Source of the DNA: an uncultured Candidatus Saccharimonas sp. | GTDB taxonomy: Bacteria; Patescibacteriota; Saccharimonadia; Saccharimonadales; AWTP1-31 | Assembly: GCA_943354005.1 (NCBI GenBank) | Contig: CALRBE010000004.1 | Location: 4,600 to 68,599, forward strand | Length of the DNA: 64,000 nucleotides | Direction: 5' to 3' | Shown: one piece after another, positions 46,440-55,834 of the stretch | Numbering within the stretch: position 1 is the first letter of the stretch | Layout: each line of letters starts with the position of its first letter | Made by a program: the position numbers and the translations under genes | Notes under the pieces: generated by a model | The model's database searches: none | What the model saw: the letters and a program-made list of their open reading frames with translations, nothing else | What the model was told of the DNA's origin: nothing

Positions 46440-47012
46440 ATGAAAACAATTGGTGTTGATGAGGTTGGTAGGGGCTGTCTTGCAGGGCCTGTTGCGGCGG
46501 CAGCAGTATTGCTCGACGATAGCTCTATTTCAACATTAGCTGGTCTGCATCTTACTGATTCAAAAGCGATGACTAAGCTACAGCGCGAAAAGGCCTATGC
46601 AGTTATCACGAAAACTGCGCTTGCTTATGGTGTCGGCTGGGTCTTTCCTGCAGAGATTGATAAGAACGGACTCACTGAAGCGGTACGTAGTGCAATGCAG
46701 CAAGCAGTAAGCGCAATCACAAAAGATTATGATGAAATTATTATTGATGGAAATTATAATTTTCTTAAAGATAATCCTAAAACAAGAACACTAATTAAAG
46801 CAGACCTTACTGAAATTTCGGTGAGCGCAGCAAGTGTAGTTGCTAAAGTTGAGCGTGACAGATATATGAAAGAACAATCTCTGATTCACGTAGGATATGG
46901 ATTTGATGCGCACGTTGGATACGGCACCTTGGCACATATGAAAGCACTTCGGGAACTTGGACCCTGCATTTTACATAGAAGAAGTGTAAAACCTGTAGCT
47001 GCCCTAATCTAA
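46440..47012 (+). CDS. rnhB: Ribonuclease HII
   Basis: GVDEVGRGCLAGPV catalytic motif and DSK. The ORF-track start at 46410 lies inside the rplS terminator, so ATG 46440 is preferred. Confidence 0.9.
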   Translation: MKTIGVDEVGRGCLAGPVAAAAVLLDDSSISTLAGLHLTDSKAMTKLQREKAYAVITKTALAYGVGWVFPAEIDKNGLTEAVRSAMQQAVSAITKDYDEIIIDGNYNFLKDNPKTRTLIKADLTEISVSAASVVAKVERDRYMKEQSLIHVGYGFDAHVGYGTLAHMKALRELGPCILHRRSVKPVAALI

Positions 47013-49564
47013 GAGAAGTATTGCTGTAATGACTTAAGATCGCGTTTTTTCCATGCAGACTGCCATTCAATTGTCTCGATACCTTGGTTGTAGGAGCGTA
47101 CAAAAGCAGGGGACAGGACGCCACTAAAGAACTTCTTATATTCTTTAAGGAATTCAATATCGCTTGTACTTCGTGCCGCAAACATAGGTAATCGATAGAA
47201 AGATAGATCATCTCCAATATTCTTTTCAAGCCAAGACCAGTTATCTTTCATCCATTCCCACGTTTCTTTACGAGAAAACCGATTACTGAAGCTATACACT
47301 AGCCAATAAGCTACGTCTTGAAGTCTTACATCGTCAGATGTGATCAGACTTAGGGCTTTCTTGTTTAAGGTTGGCTGCTTAAAGCTACATAGTGCAGCAC
47401 AGATATTTAGTCTCTCTTCACTTGAAGTAGTCTTATTGTGCATCTTAAGTAGTTTGGTGAATTCAGCTTCGCCCCCATGGCGCGCAGCAGTTACGTACAC
47501 AAGACCTCGAATATCGGGACTGATGTTTTCGGATTGATTAGAAAGAGTGCATTTACGGAAAAGTTCTAACGAGTGATCAACGACACTCGGCTCTTCGCTA
47601 ATTGCAGCCAATGAAAGTATTGTTGGACGCAAGAGGGAATCAAAATATGTCTCTTTGTCACGAGGCTCCCAGCCAAGACGTGTGAGTTCTTTGGCAATTA
47701 ATTCTCTTACGTATGGTTTCATTCCTTCACGAATAGTTTCGTCGTCCATAACAGCCCGCATACCGCCTAGAAGGCCAGCTATTATATCCCATACAGCATT
47801 ATTAGACTCATGAGCGTAATTTTTAAGAAATGTTAATACATCCGTAGTGGGCATGTAGGAAGCTTTAGACGCTTCAGTTAGATCAGCTAATATTGATAGT
47901 CTATCTAGCGGCTTGAGTGACCCTTTAGATATCGCTGTGCCTAAGACGTCTAATACTTTTGCGTCGTATATGGTGCGATAAAAACCACTGCCTCCAACGT
48001 TTAACCTTATGTCAGAATCTGAATTAACTGAAAAAGTATCAAGTGCCTTTGTCATGGAATCAGGCATTTCCTTGTTGGTCGTAAGGAGCGGAACGGGCCA
48101 GGTAGACGTATCTTTTTTAATATTAGCGTGGTTCATGAAAAAACGATTCTGAGTAATTGTAAGACCATTATCTCCATCAGTTACTTTAAGTATTGGATAT
48201 CCACTTTGGCTTGTCCAGGTGTCCATGAATGCCTTAACTGGTTTACTAGAAGCTTTTTCAAGTGAGTTCCATAGATCACGAGTTCGCGTATTTTTGTAGG
48301 AGTGATCTTTTAAGTAGGATCGCAGCCCTTTTTGGAAGTCCTTCTCTCCTAAGTAGTGATAGAGCATATGAATTACACTTGCGCCCTTACTGTAGCTAAT
48401 AGCATCGAAGATAGTCCGTATTTCATCCGGATGCTTTACGGTAACTTCAACGGGATGAGTATGTTCGAGAGCATCTAATTTTAGTGCTTGTTGTTGTTCG
48501 TCAACAGAGAATTGGGTCCACATATCCCATTCCGGAAATAGTTTATCGACAGCTAGGTACTCAAACCAGGACGCAAATCCTTCGTTAAGCCAAAGGTCAG
48601 TCCACCACTCCATGGTTACTAGGTTGCCGAACCATTGGTGAGTTAACTCATGGGCAACGACCATTGCTACATATTGTTTTGTAGGTAGGCTAGTATTTTT
48701 AGGATCAACCAATAGAGCTTGTTCACGGTAGGTTATACATCCCCAATTCTCCATGGCTCCAGACGCAAAATCCGGTAGTGCTACCATGTCGCACTTAGCT
48801 AGAGGATAGTCAATATCAAAGTATTCTGAATAATAGTCTAGGCACTTTACGGCCACATCAAGTGCAAATTTTGTATATTGAACATTATCGGGTGTGGCAT
48901 ATGTCCTGACAACGACACCTCGTTTAGTTTTCGATTCAAGGTAACCCATGTCGCCGTATACGAAAGCTAGTAGGTATGTACTCATTATTGGAGTCTGATC
49001 AAAGGTTGAACGAATATGTCCATCGATCTCTAGTTCAGAAACTACTGGTGTATTCGCAATTACTACTTCGCCTCTAGGAGTAGTCAGGCTTAAGTCAAAT
49101 GTTGCTTTCGCTTCAGGTTCATCTATACAAGGAAATACTTCTCTTGCATGATGACTTTCAAACTGTGTCGCTATTAGTTTCTTTTCACCTTCTTTATCCT
49201 TAAAGAAACATGGGTAGACACCGTTCATGGCTCGAGTAATTACACCGCTGAACTCAAGCCTAACCTCATAAATTCCTGCTTTCATCGGACCAGAAGAATG
49301 AAGGCGAACCTCATCATATGATTTTTGCAGATTCATTCGGTCTACTTCAACACTAGTTCGCTCGTTTTTATATATATGAGTGAGCGAATATGATTTTATT
49401 TTCAAACCTTTTTGATGCAGAGTAATTCTTTGTGAGGGAGGACCAGTTTTTTTACCAGTAATAACAACTGTTCCGGAAAATGTCATCAAATCTTTATTAG
49501 GTACAATATCTAAAATGTAATTGCTGGGTCTAAATTGTTTATAAAGTCTTATTACCTTAGCCAT
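47009..49564 (-). CDS. pepN: M1-family aminopeptidase N
   Basis: GAMENWG exopeptidase motif, and the HELTHQWFGN...WLNEG zinc site. The start is ambiguous: ATG 49564 or GTG 49582. Confidence 0.9.
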   Translation of the reverse strand: MAKVIRLYKQFRPSNYILDIVPNKDLMTFSGTVVITGKKTGPPSQRITLHQKGLKIKSYSLTHIYKNERTSVEVDRMNLQKSYDEVRLHSSGPMKAGIYEVRLEFSGVITRAMNGVYPCFFKDKEGEKKLIATQFESHHAREVFPCIDEPEAKATFDLSLTTPRGEVVIANTPVVSELEIDGHIRSTFDQTPIMSTYLLAFVYGDMGYLESKTKRGVVVRTYATPDNVQYTKFALDVAVKCLDYYSEYFDIDYPLAKCDMVALPDFASGAMENWGCITYREQALLVDPKNTSLPTKQYVAMVVAHELTHQWFGNLVTMEWWTDLWLNEGFASWFEYLAVDKLFPEWDMWTQFSVDEQQQALKLDALEHTHPVEVTVKHPDEIRTIFDAISYSKGASVIHMLYHYLGEKDFQKGLRSYLKDHSYKNTRTRDLWNSLEKASSKPVKAFMDTWTSQSGYPILKVTDGDNGLTITQNRFFMNHANIKKDTSTWPVPLLTTNKEMPDSMTKALDTFSVNSDSDIRLNVGGSGFYRTIYDAKVLDVLGTAISKGSLKPLDRLSILADLTEASKASYMPTTDVLTFLKNYAHESNNAVWDIIAGLLGGMRAVMDDETIREGMKPYVRELIAKELTRLGWEPRDKETYFDSLLRPTILSLAAISEEPSVVDHSLELFRKCTLSNQSENISPDIRGLVYVTAARHGGEAEFTKLLKMHNKTTSSEERLNICAALCSFKQPTLNKKALSLITSDDVRLQDVAYWLVYSFSNRFSRKETWEWMKDNWSWLEKNIGDDLSFYRLPMFAARSTSDIEFLKEYKKFFSGVLSPAFVRSYNQGIETIEWQSAWKKRDLKSLQQYFS

Positions 49565-49616
49565 AGTACATAATTTTATCACAGGTCACTTGTTTAACGG
49601 GCCAATTTGATCCTCG

Positions 49617-49645
49617 TTGCTTTCTTTAGCCAGTTATCGTATACT
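49617..49645 (+). promoter_or_regulatory. Putative promoter of nusA
   Basis: TTGCTT (49617-49622), 17-nt spacer, TATACT (49640-49645). Confidence 0.5.
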
Positions 49646-49656
49646 AATAGGCATAC

Positions 49657-49682
49657 ATCCGGCCGGCAGGTCGGATTTTTTC
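49657..49682 (+). terminator. Intrinsic terminator/attenuator hairpin in the nusA leader
   Basis: ATCCGGCC (49657-49664) pairs with GGTCGGAT (49669-49676), giving 8 bp with one G-T wobble. It has a GGCA tetraloop and is followed by a T run to 49681. It lies between the predicted -10 box and the AAGGAG SD (49696-49701). Confidence 0.6.
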
Positions 49683-49709
49683 ATAACATAAGTAAAAGGA
49701 GAACATACT

Positions 49710-50882
49710 ATGGAACTAGATATGAAAGGACTTGCAATAGCAGTCAAAACTATTGCAGAAGAAAAAAACTTACCTACTGAAACAGTACAAGAGATTGTTG
49801 AACAAGCTCTAGCTGCAGCTTACCGACGCGACTACGGAGACCGCGAACAAGAAGTACGAGTAACTATGAATCTTAATTCAGGTGACGTAGACGCTTATAT
49901 CAGCAAAGAAGTCGTTGAGCTAGTTGGAGACGAACGCTATGAAATTAGTCTTACTGAAGCTCAGGCAATTCGAAAGAATGTTACGATCGGTGAAACTGTA
50001 GAGATTCATCAAAAGGTTGAAGACTTCGGACGTGTTGCTGCACAGACTGCTAAACAAGTGATTCTACAAAGATTACGCGAAGCAGAACGAGAAATCGTAA
50101 TGGCTGAATACGATGACAAAATCGGCACTATTATTAACGGTCTTGTATCACGTGTTGAGGGTATGATTGTACGCGTTGATCTTGGTAAGGCTCAAGGTAT
50201 AATGCCAAAGAGTGAACAGATTGTTGGAGAGCGATACTATCCAGGACAAAGACTCAAAGTATATCTTAAAGATGTAGAACGTAGTTTTAGGGGCCCGCAG
50301 CTTATTGTTAGCCGTGGAAACTCAGCCTTCGTAGAATATCTTTTCCGTAACGAGGTTCCTGAAATGGAAGCTGGATCTGTTGAAATTAAGGCTATCGCCC
50401 GCGAAGCAGGTATTCGTAGTAAGATCGCTGTTGCCAGTAATACTCCAGGAGTTGATCCCGTAGGTACATTTGTCGGTGGTCATGGAACACGCGTTAATGC
50501 TGTTATGAGCGAAATTGGTGAACAAGAAAAAATCGATATTATCGTATGGAGTAATGATCCTAAAGAATTCATCATGAATGCAATGAGCCCTACTAAAATA
50601 ACAAAAGTAGAAATTATGGAATCAGAAAAGAAAGCAGTAGTTATTGTCCCAGAAGATCAGCTTAGTATCGCTATCGGTAAAAGTGGACAAAACGTACGAC
50701 TTGCAAGCAAACTAACTGGCTATGATATAGACATAACTCCTGATGAGCCAAAACAAGAAGCAAAAGAAGTAGTAAAAGAAGCAGCACCAGTTGTTACAGA
50801 AATAAGCAAGAAACCACGACTAAAGCGAAAAGATCAGCTCGAAAGTAGTCTACTAGACGCTATTGAAGAACACGGCGAATAG
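49710..50882 (+). CDS. nusA: Transcription termination/antitermination factor NusA
   Basis: N-terminal domain, S1 domain (GTIINGLVSRVEGMIVRVDLGKAQGIMP), two KH domains (GPQLIVSR, AIGKSGQNVRLASKLTG). There are no AR1/AR2 repeats, and the tail is Lys/Glu-rich. Confidence 0.95.
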   Translation: MELDMKGLAIAVKTIAEEKNLPTETVQEIVEQALAAAYRRDYGDREQEVRVTMNLNSGDVDAYISKEVVELVGDERYEISLTEAQAIRKNVTIGETVEIHQKVEDFGRVAAQTAKQVILQRLREAEREIVMAEYDDKIGTIINGLVSRVEGMIVRVDLGKAQGIMPKSEQIVGERYYPGQRLKVYLKDVERSFRGPQLIVSRGNSAFVEYLFRNEVPEMEAGSVEIKAIAREAGIRSKIAVASNTPGVDPVGTFVGGHGTRVNAVMSEIGEQEKIDIIVWSNDPKEFIMNAMSPTKITKVEIMESEKKAVVIVPEDQLSIAIGKSGQNVRLASKLTGYDIDITPDEPKQEAKEVVKEAAPVVTEISKKPRLKRKDQLESSLLDAIEEHGE

Positions 50883-50888
50883 TAGGTA

Positions 50889-50915
50889 TTAGCAGTCTTG
50901 CTTGCCGAGTGCTAG
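50889..50915 (+). promoter_or_regulatory. CIRCE element (HrcA operator) upstream of clpC
   Basis: TTAGCAGTC-N9-GAGTGCTAG matches the consensus TTAGCACTC-N9-GAGTGCTAA at 16 of 18 positions with exact 9-nt spacing. TATAAT at 50937-50942 and a GAGGA SD follow before ATG 50960. Confidence 0.75.
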
Positions 50916-50959
50916 TTTGATATTATTGTTATAGCATATAATACGAGTATGAGGATAAC

Positions 50960-53434
50960 ATGCAAGATACACCCGATTTTCAAGAATTTCTAAGCCACCT
51001 TACAGATAATGCTCTCCAAAGCTTAAAACATTCTGATGCTATTGCACGTAGTTTTGGTAGTGCATACATCGGCACCGAGCACCTACTACTTGGCGTACTT
51101 GCACAAGAAAATAGCATGGGGGCAAAAATACTTGAAGACGCTGGAATTACATTAAACAGAGCACAGTTGGCTCTTAACCTTGCTCCAAAACCAATAACAA
51201 TCCATATGGGTGCTAAAGGCCTTAGCGAGACAGCTAAGCTAACACTCCGTATGGCTTATGATATCGCAAAAGATTTCGCACAAGATTACTGCGGTACCGA
51301 ACATATTATTTACAGTATATTAAGTCAAAAGAATGCACGGGCTACTCTTTTACTACGTGATATGAACGTTAATCCCGACATTCTAAGTAACGATGTACTT
51401 GCTACCATTAATACTAATGGTCAAGGCGAAGGAATTGCTTCAACTGGTACTCAAAGGACAGGTAAAAAAGCTCGTAAAACTGCTTTAGACTTTTTCGGAA
51501 CTGACATGACTGCAAGGGCAAGAGAGCAAAAGCTTGACCCAGTTATTGGGCGAGAACAACAAATTCAACGCGTTATTACTATACTTAATCGACGCACAAA
51601 AAATAACCCAGTTCTAATTGGTGAGCCTGGCGTAGGTAAAACTGCAATCGTTGAAGGTCTCGCACAGAAGATCGTAAAAGAAGACGTACCTGACAGCCTA
51701 ATCGATAAAAGAATAATTTTACTAGATTTAGCTGGTATGATTGCTGGTACTAAGTACCGTGGTGAATTTGAAGAACGATTAAAAAAGGTCATGGCTGAAC
51801 TTGAAGATGACAAGAATACGATTGTATTTATCGACGAGCTTCACCTAATAGTTGGGGCCGGTGCAGCTGAGGGTGCAATGGATGCCGGCAATATACTTAA
51901 GCCAGCATTGGCTCGAGGTAAGGTGCAGATGATTGGCGCAACAACAACTTCTGAATATACGAAGCATATTGAAAAAGATGCAGCACTAGAACGTCGCTTT
52001 CAACCCGTTCAAGTACCAGAAACTTCTAACGCCGAAACGCTCGCTATATTAAAGGGTCTTCGTAAACACTATGAGCTATTTCACGGAGTATCTATTAGCG
52101 ATGAGGTCCTAGAAGATGCAGTCTATTTTGCCGATAGATATATAAACGATAGATTCATGCCAGATAAAGCGATCGATCTAATTGACGAAACAGGAGCACA
52201 TTTACGTGTAGGACTCGGTAAAACGCCTCCTGAAGTACGTAAGCTTGCAAATGAACTAAAGCTCATCCAAGTTAGGATTGATGAAGCAGTTGAGTCTGAA
52301 GATTATGAGCGAGCCGCCCGCGAGAAAACACGTAGCAGCCAAATACAAGAAGAATTAAAGGCACTTCGTAGTAGCGATAAGGTAGATAGTAAGACTCCAA
52401 TGAAGTCAGAAGATCTTGCTGAAGTCATTGCACGTATTACTGGCGTCCCTGCCCAACGGGTAGTGCGCTCTGAGGCCAAGAACTTACTAAAACTTGAAAA
52501 GATGTTATCTAAACACGTCATTGGACAAAAAGAGGCAGTTGCTGCTGTATCACAAGCTATTCGCAGAAGTCGCTCTGGAATATCTAGTGAAAAACGTCCC
52601 GTTGGATCATTTATATTCTTAGGCCCTACTGGAGTTGGTAAAACTGAACTCGCTCGCGTTCTTGCTGAAAGATATTTTGGCACCACTCAATCACTGATCA
52701 AGATCGATATGAGTGAGTTTAGCGAGCGTCACAATACGTCACGTTTAGTAGGAGCACCTGCAGGCTACGTTGGGTATGATGAAGGTGGACAGCTTACCGA
52801 CAAGATTAGACGTCAGCCTTATAGTTTAGTGCTCTTTGACGAAATTGAGAAAGCACATCCAGATGTGTTTAACATGCTACTTCAAATACTTGAAGACGGT
52901 GTACTGACAGACGCTAAAGGTAGGAAGATAGACTTCACCAACACAATTATTATCATGACTAGTAATATTGGTGCAGACAAGCTACAAAAAGAAGCTAGCC
53001 TTGGTTTTCAGGCAGATAGTACGCGAGATAAAAAAGATCTAGAGTCACTTCATGAACGTAATAGTCAAAAGGTTCATGAAGAACTTAAGAAAATGATGCG
53101 CCCCGAGCTTTTAAACCGTATCGACAAAGTTGTTGTGTTCCATGCACTTACCAAAAAAGAGGCTTTAGATATCCTTGATCTACAAATTGACGAGCTAAGA
53201 CGGCGACTAATTAAACATGGACTTGGTCTTAATGTTAATAACGCAGCAAAAAAACACTTACTAGAAAAAGGATACGATGCATCTAATGGTGTAAGGCCAA
53301 TGCGTAGACTCCTCCAAGATACTATTGAAGATGCCATTGCTCACGGAATACTAAAAGGGTCCTACAATAAGGGTGACATTATTCAAGTCTCATTTGAAAA
53401 GAAAAAACTACAATATTCAGCATCAAGCGAATAG
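50960..53434 (+). CDS. clpC: ATP-dependent Clp protease ATP-binding subunit ClpC (class III Hsp100)
   Basis: Two Clp_N repeats. D1 Walker [10 protein letters not shown] short UVR-like linker ([10 protein letters not shown]) rather than the long ClpB M-domain. D2 Walker [10 protein letters not shown] ClpP-docking-type loop ASLGFQ. Confidence 0.9.
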   Translation: MQDTPDFQEFLSHLTDNALQSLKHSDAIARSFGSAYIGTEHLLLGVLAQENSMGAKILEDAGITLNRAQLALNLAPKPITIHMGAKGLSETAKLTLRMAYDIAKDFAQDYCGTEHIIYSILSQKNARATLLLRDMNVNPDILSNDVLATINTNGQGEGIASTGTQRTGKKARKTALDFFGTDMTARAREQKLDPVIGREQQIQRVITILNRRTKNNPVLIGEPGVGKTAIVEGLAQKIVKEDVPDSLIDKRIILLDLAGMIAGTKYRGEFEERLKKVMAELEDDKNTIVFIDELHLIVGAGAAEGAMDAGNILKPALARGKVQMIGATTTSEYTKHIEKDAALERRFQPVQVPETSNAETLAILKGLRKHYELFHGVSISDEVLEDAVYFADRYINDRFMPDKAIDLIDETGAHLRVGLGKTPPEVRKLANELKLIQVRIDEAVESEDYERAAREKTRSSQIQEELKALRSSDKVDSKTPMKSEDLAEVIARITGVPAQRVVRSEAKNLLKLEKMLSKHVIGQKEAVAAVSQAIRRSRSGISSEKRPVGSFIFLGPTGVGKTELARVLAERYFGTTQSLIKIDMSEFSERHNTSRLVGAPAGYVGYDEGGQLTDKIRRQPYSLVLFDEIEKAHPDVFNMLLQILEDGVLTDAKGRKIDFTNTIIIMTSNIGADKLQKEASLGFQADSTRDKKDLESLHERNSQKVHEELKKMMRPELLNRIDKVVVFHALTKKEALDILDLQIDELRRRLIKHGLGLNVNNAAKKHLLEKGYDASNGVRPMRRLLQDTIEDAIAHGILKGSYNKGDIIQVSFEKKKLQYSASSE

Positions 53435-53481
53435 CAATAGCATTGTAGCTACAAAACTTAATACACAGTATAATAATAGAC

Positions 53482-54468
53482 ATGGCTCTCAGTAGAAAAA
53501 CAAAAATATTTCAGACTACACTATCCGGTATTTTCATAACCATTGCTGCACTAGCAATTTTTCAAAGACAAAATATCCAAGACTGGTGGGTTCTTCGTAG
53601 CTACCAGCCATCTGCATCGATATCACAACTAGCCCAAGATACGACCATGACCGATAAAAGTAAAAGAGCATTCTATCTTAACGATCCGAAGGTTCAAGAA
53701 AAGGCTGCCTTCTATGAAAGCTGTAAATTCGGTGAGAATACAATTGTACTGGGTTGTTACATTAAAAACGAAGGCATATACCTACTTAAAGTTAATGATC
53801 CCCGATTAGCCGGTGTTGAGCAAGTAACAGCAGCTCACGAAATGCTTCACGCAGCGTACGACCGTCTTGGAACAAGCGAAAAAGTAGATGTCGATAATCA
53901 GCTAAATGATTTCTACAATAATTTAAAAGATGCAGAGATACGATCCAAGATAGAATTATATAGAAAAAATGGAGCCGATATTACCAATGAACTGCATTCT
54001 ATACTCGGCACAGAAGTCGAGACGCTATCTCCAGCCTTAGAAAAATACTATTCTAAGTACTTTACACAGCGAAAGAAAGTGGTCGCGTACGCTTTGCAAT
54101 ATGAAGCAGAATTTATATCACGCAAGAATAAACTAATTGAATTAGATGCTAACCTTAAATCAATCGAAAAGCAGATTGTAGCAAACAATATTGAACTAGA
54201 GCAATTACAAAAGAGTATTAATGCTGAAAGTGATAGGCTGGATAGGCTACGCCGTTCAGGGCAGATCGAAGAATTTAATAACGCTGTTCCAGCATATAAT
54301 AGTCGCATCCCAGGATTCAGAGCACTCTATGCACAGACTGAAAACCTTGTGGCACAATATAAACAAGTACTTGATGAACGTAATAAAATAGCGATTGAAG
54401 CTCAAGAACTTAATAAAGCATTAGACAGTAGTATTCAGCCAAGCACTGATCCAATTCAGAATCTTTAA
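53482..54468 (+). CDS. Hypothetical membrane-anchored protein with HExxH motif and C-terminal coiled coil
   Basis: N-terminal TM (LSGIFITIAALAIF). VTAAHEMLHAAYD contains HExxH. The C-terminal ~130 aa have heptad-like, Leu/Glu/Lys/Gln-rich sequence. Confidence 0.55.
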   Translation: MALSRKTKIFQTTLSGIFITIAALAIFQRQNIQDWWVLRSYQPSASISQLAQDTTMTDKSKRAFYLNDPKVQEKAAFYESCKFGENTIVLGCYIKNEGIYLLKVNDPRLAGVEQVTAAHEMLHAAYDRLGTSEKVDVDNQLNDFYNNLKDAEIRSKIELYRKNGADITNELHSILGTEVETLSPALEKYYSKYFTQRKKVVAYALQYEAEFISRKNKLIELDANLKSIEKQIVANNIELEQLQKSINAESDRLDRLRRSGQIEEFNNAVPAYNSRIPGFRALYAQTENLVAQYKQVLDERNKIAIEAQELNKALDSSIQPSTDPIQNL

Positions 54469-54484
54469 TGATACACTAGACGTA

Positions 54485-55834
54485 ATGGGATCTAGAAAAA
54501 GTGTACAGTACGAGTGTAGTAGTTGTGGGGACATTTCATCTTCTTGGTCAGGAAAGTGTATGTCCTGTGGGGAATGGAATACCATAAGCGAACAACTGCT
54601 AGTTGAGAATATTGGCCAAGCTATTAAGCATGGTAAGCCAATTAAAACTACTCAACTTAAAAAAGCTAATAAAATTAAAAATGAACCACGTGTTACATCT
54701 TCTATCCCTGAAGTTGACGTGGTTCTTGGTGGAGGTTTTGTCGCAGGTAGCGTTACTCTAATTGCTGGCCAACCCGGCATTGGGAAAAGCACACTACTTT
54801 TACAGATCGCTAGCGCAGTTGGCGACAGCGTTCCAGTTTTATATGTTAGTGGTGAAGAATCTGTACATCAGCTTGCCTCACGTTCAGATAGATTAAAAAC
54901 CCGCGGTACATTTCTTGAAATTGCTTCTAGTGCAAGCGCTGACGACATCGCGTCTACTATTGCTAGCAAGAAATACAAACTTATAATCGTTGATTCAATT
55001 CAGACAATTTCAGTAGAAGGAGTTAGTTCTGCTCCTGGTTCTGTTAGCCAAATAACAAACAGTACTCATGTACTAAGTATAGTGGCTAAAAATACAAACA
55101 CTGCATTAATAATTGTTGGTCATGTTACAAAAGAAGGATCAATTGCTGGACCTAAAGTATTAGAGCACCTTGTTGACGTCGTATTGCAAATAGAAGGCGA
55201 TAGGTATGGAGGCTTCAAGGTACTGCGAGGAGTAAAGAATAGATATGGTTCAACTAATGAAGTAGGCATATTTGAAATGGTAGAATCTGGAATGCAACCA
55301 GTTAAGAATCCTTCCGCAGCATTGCTTGCTGAAAGACAAATAAGTGACGGCTCAGTAGTTCTGGCTACAATGGAAGGCTCCAGACCTCTTCTTGTAGAAG
55401 TTCAGGCCTTAGTAAATAAATCAAGCTATGGATACCCTAAGCGGGCCGCTAGTGGGATTGATTTAAACAGAGTTAACTTGCTCATTGCAATGCTCGAGCG
55501 TCGTACGAAATTAAATCTCGCTGAGCACGATATATATATTAATATTGTCGGAGGCATGAAGGTGAGTGAGCCTGCTGCAGATCTTGCCGTATGTATGGCG
55601 ATTGCCAGCGCGAGTAAAGGTCTTAAGCTCAAGAAAAATGCAGTAGTTTTCGGAGAACTAGGACTAAGCGGCGAAGTGCGTCACGTGCCATTCGTCGAAA
55701 AGCGTGTTCAAGAAGCAACTAAGCTGGGATTCGATGGCGCAATAGGCCCTAAAATTAGAACTGGCAAGAAGCCATCAGGTCTGCACGAAGTAATTGATAT
55801 ACGTTCGGCCCTTAATGGCTTCTTGGAATCCTAA
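54485..55834 (+). CDS. radA: DNA repair protein RadA/Sms
   Basis: Zinc finger CSSCGDISSSWSGKCMSCGEWNT, Walker A GQPGIGKST, KNRYG motif, Lon-like C-terminal domain. Confidence 0.95.
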   Translation: MGSRKSVQYECSSCGDISSSWSGKCMSCGEWNTISEQLLVENIGQAIKHGKPIKTTQLKKANKIKNEPRVTSSIPEVDVVLGGGFVAGSVTLIAGQPGIGKSTLLLQIASAVGDSVPVLYVSGEESVHQLASRSDRLKTRGTFLEIASSASADDIASTIASKKYKLIIVDSIQTISVEGVSSAPGSVSQITNSTHVLSIVAKNTNTALIIVGHVTKEGSIAGPKVLEHLVDVVLQIEGDRYGGFKVLRGVKNRYGSTNEVGIFEMVESGMQPVKNPSAALLAERQISDGSVVLATMEGSRPLLVEVQALVNKSSYGYPKRAASGIDLNRVNLLIAMLERRTKLNLAEHDIYINIVGGMKVSEPAADLAVCMAIASASKGLKLKKNAVVFGELGLSGEVRHVPFVEKRVQEATKLGFDGAIGPKIRTGKKPSGLHEVIDIRSALNGFLES

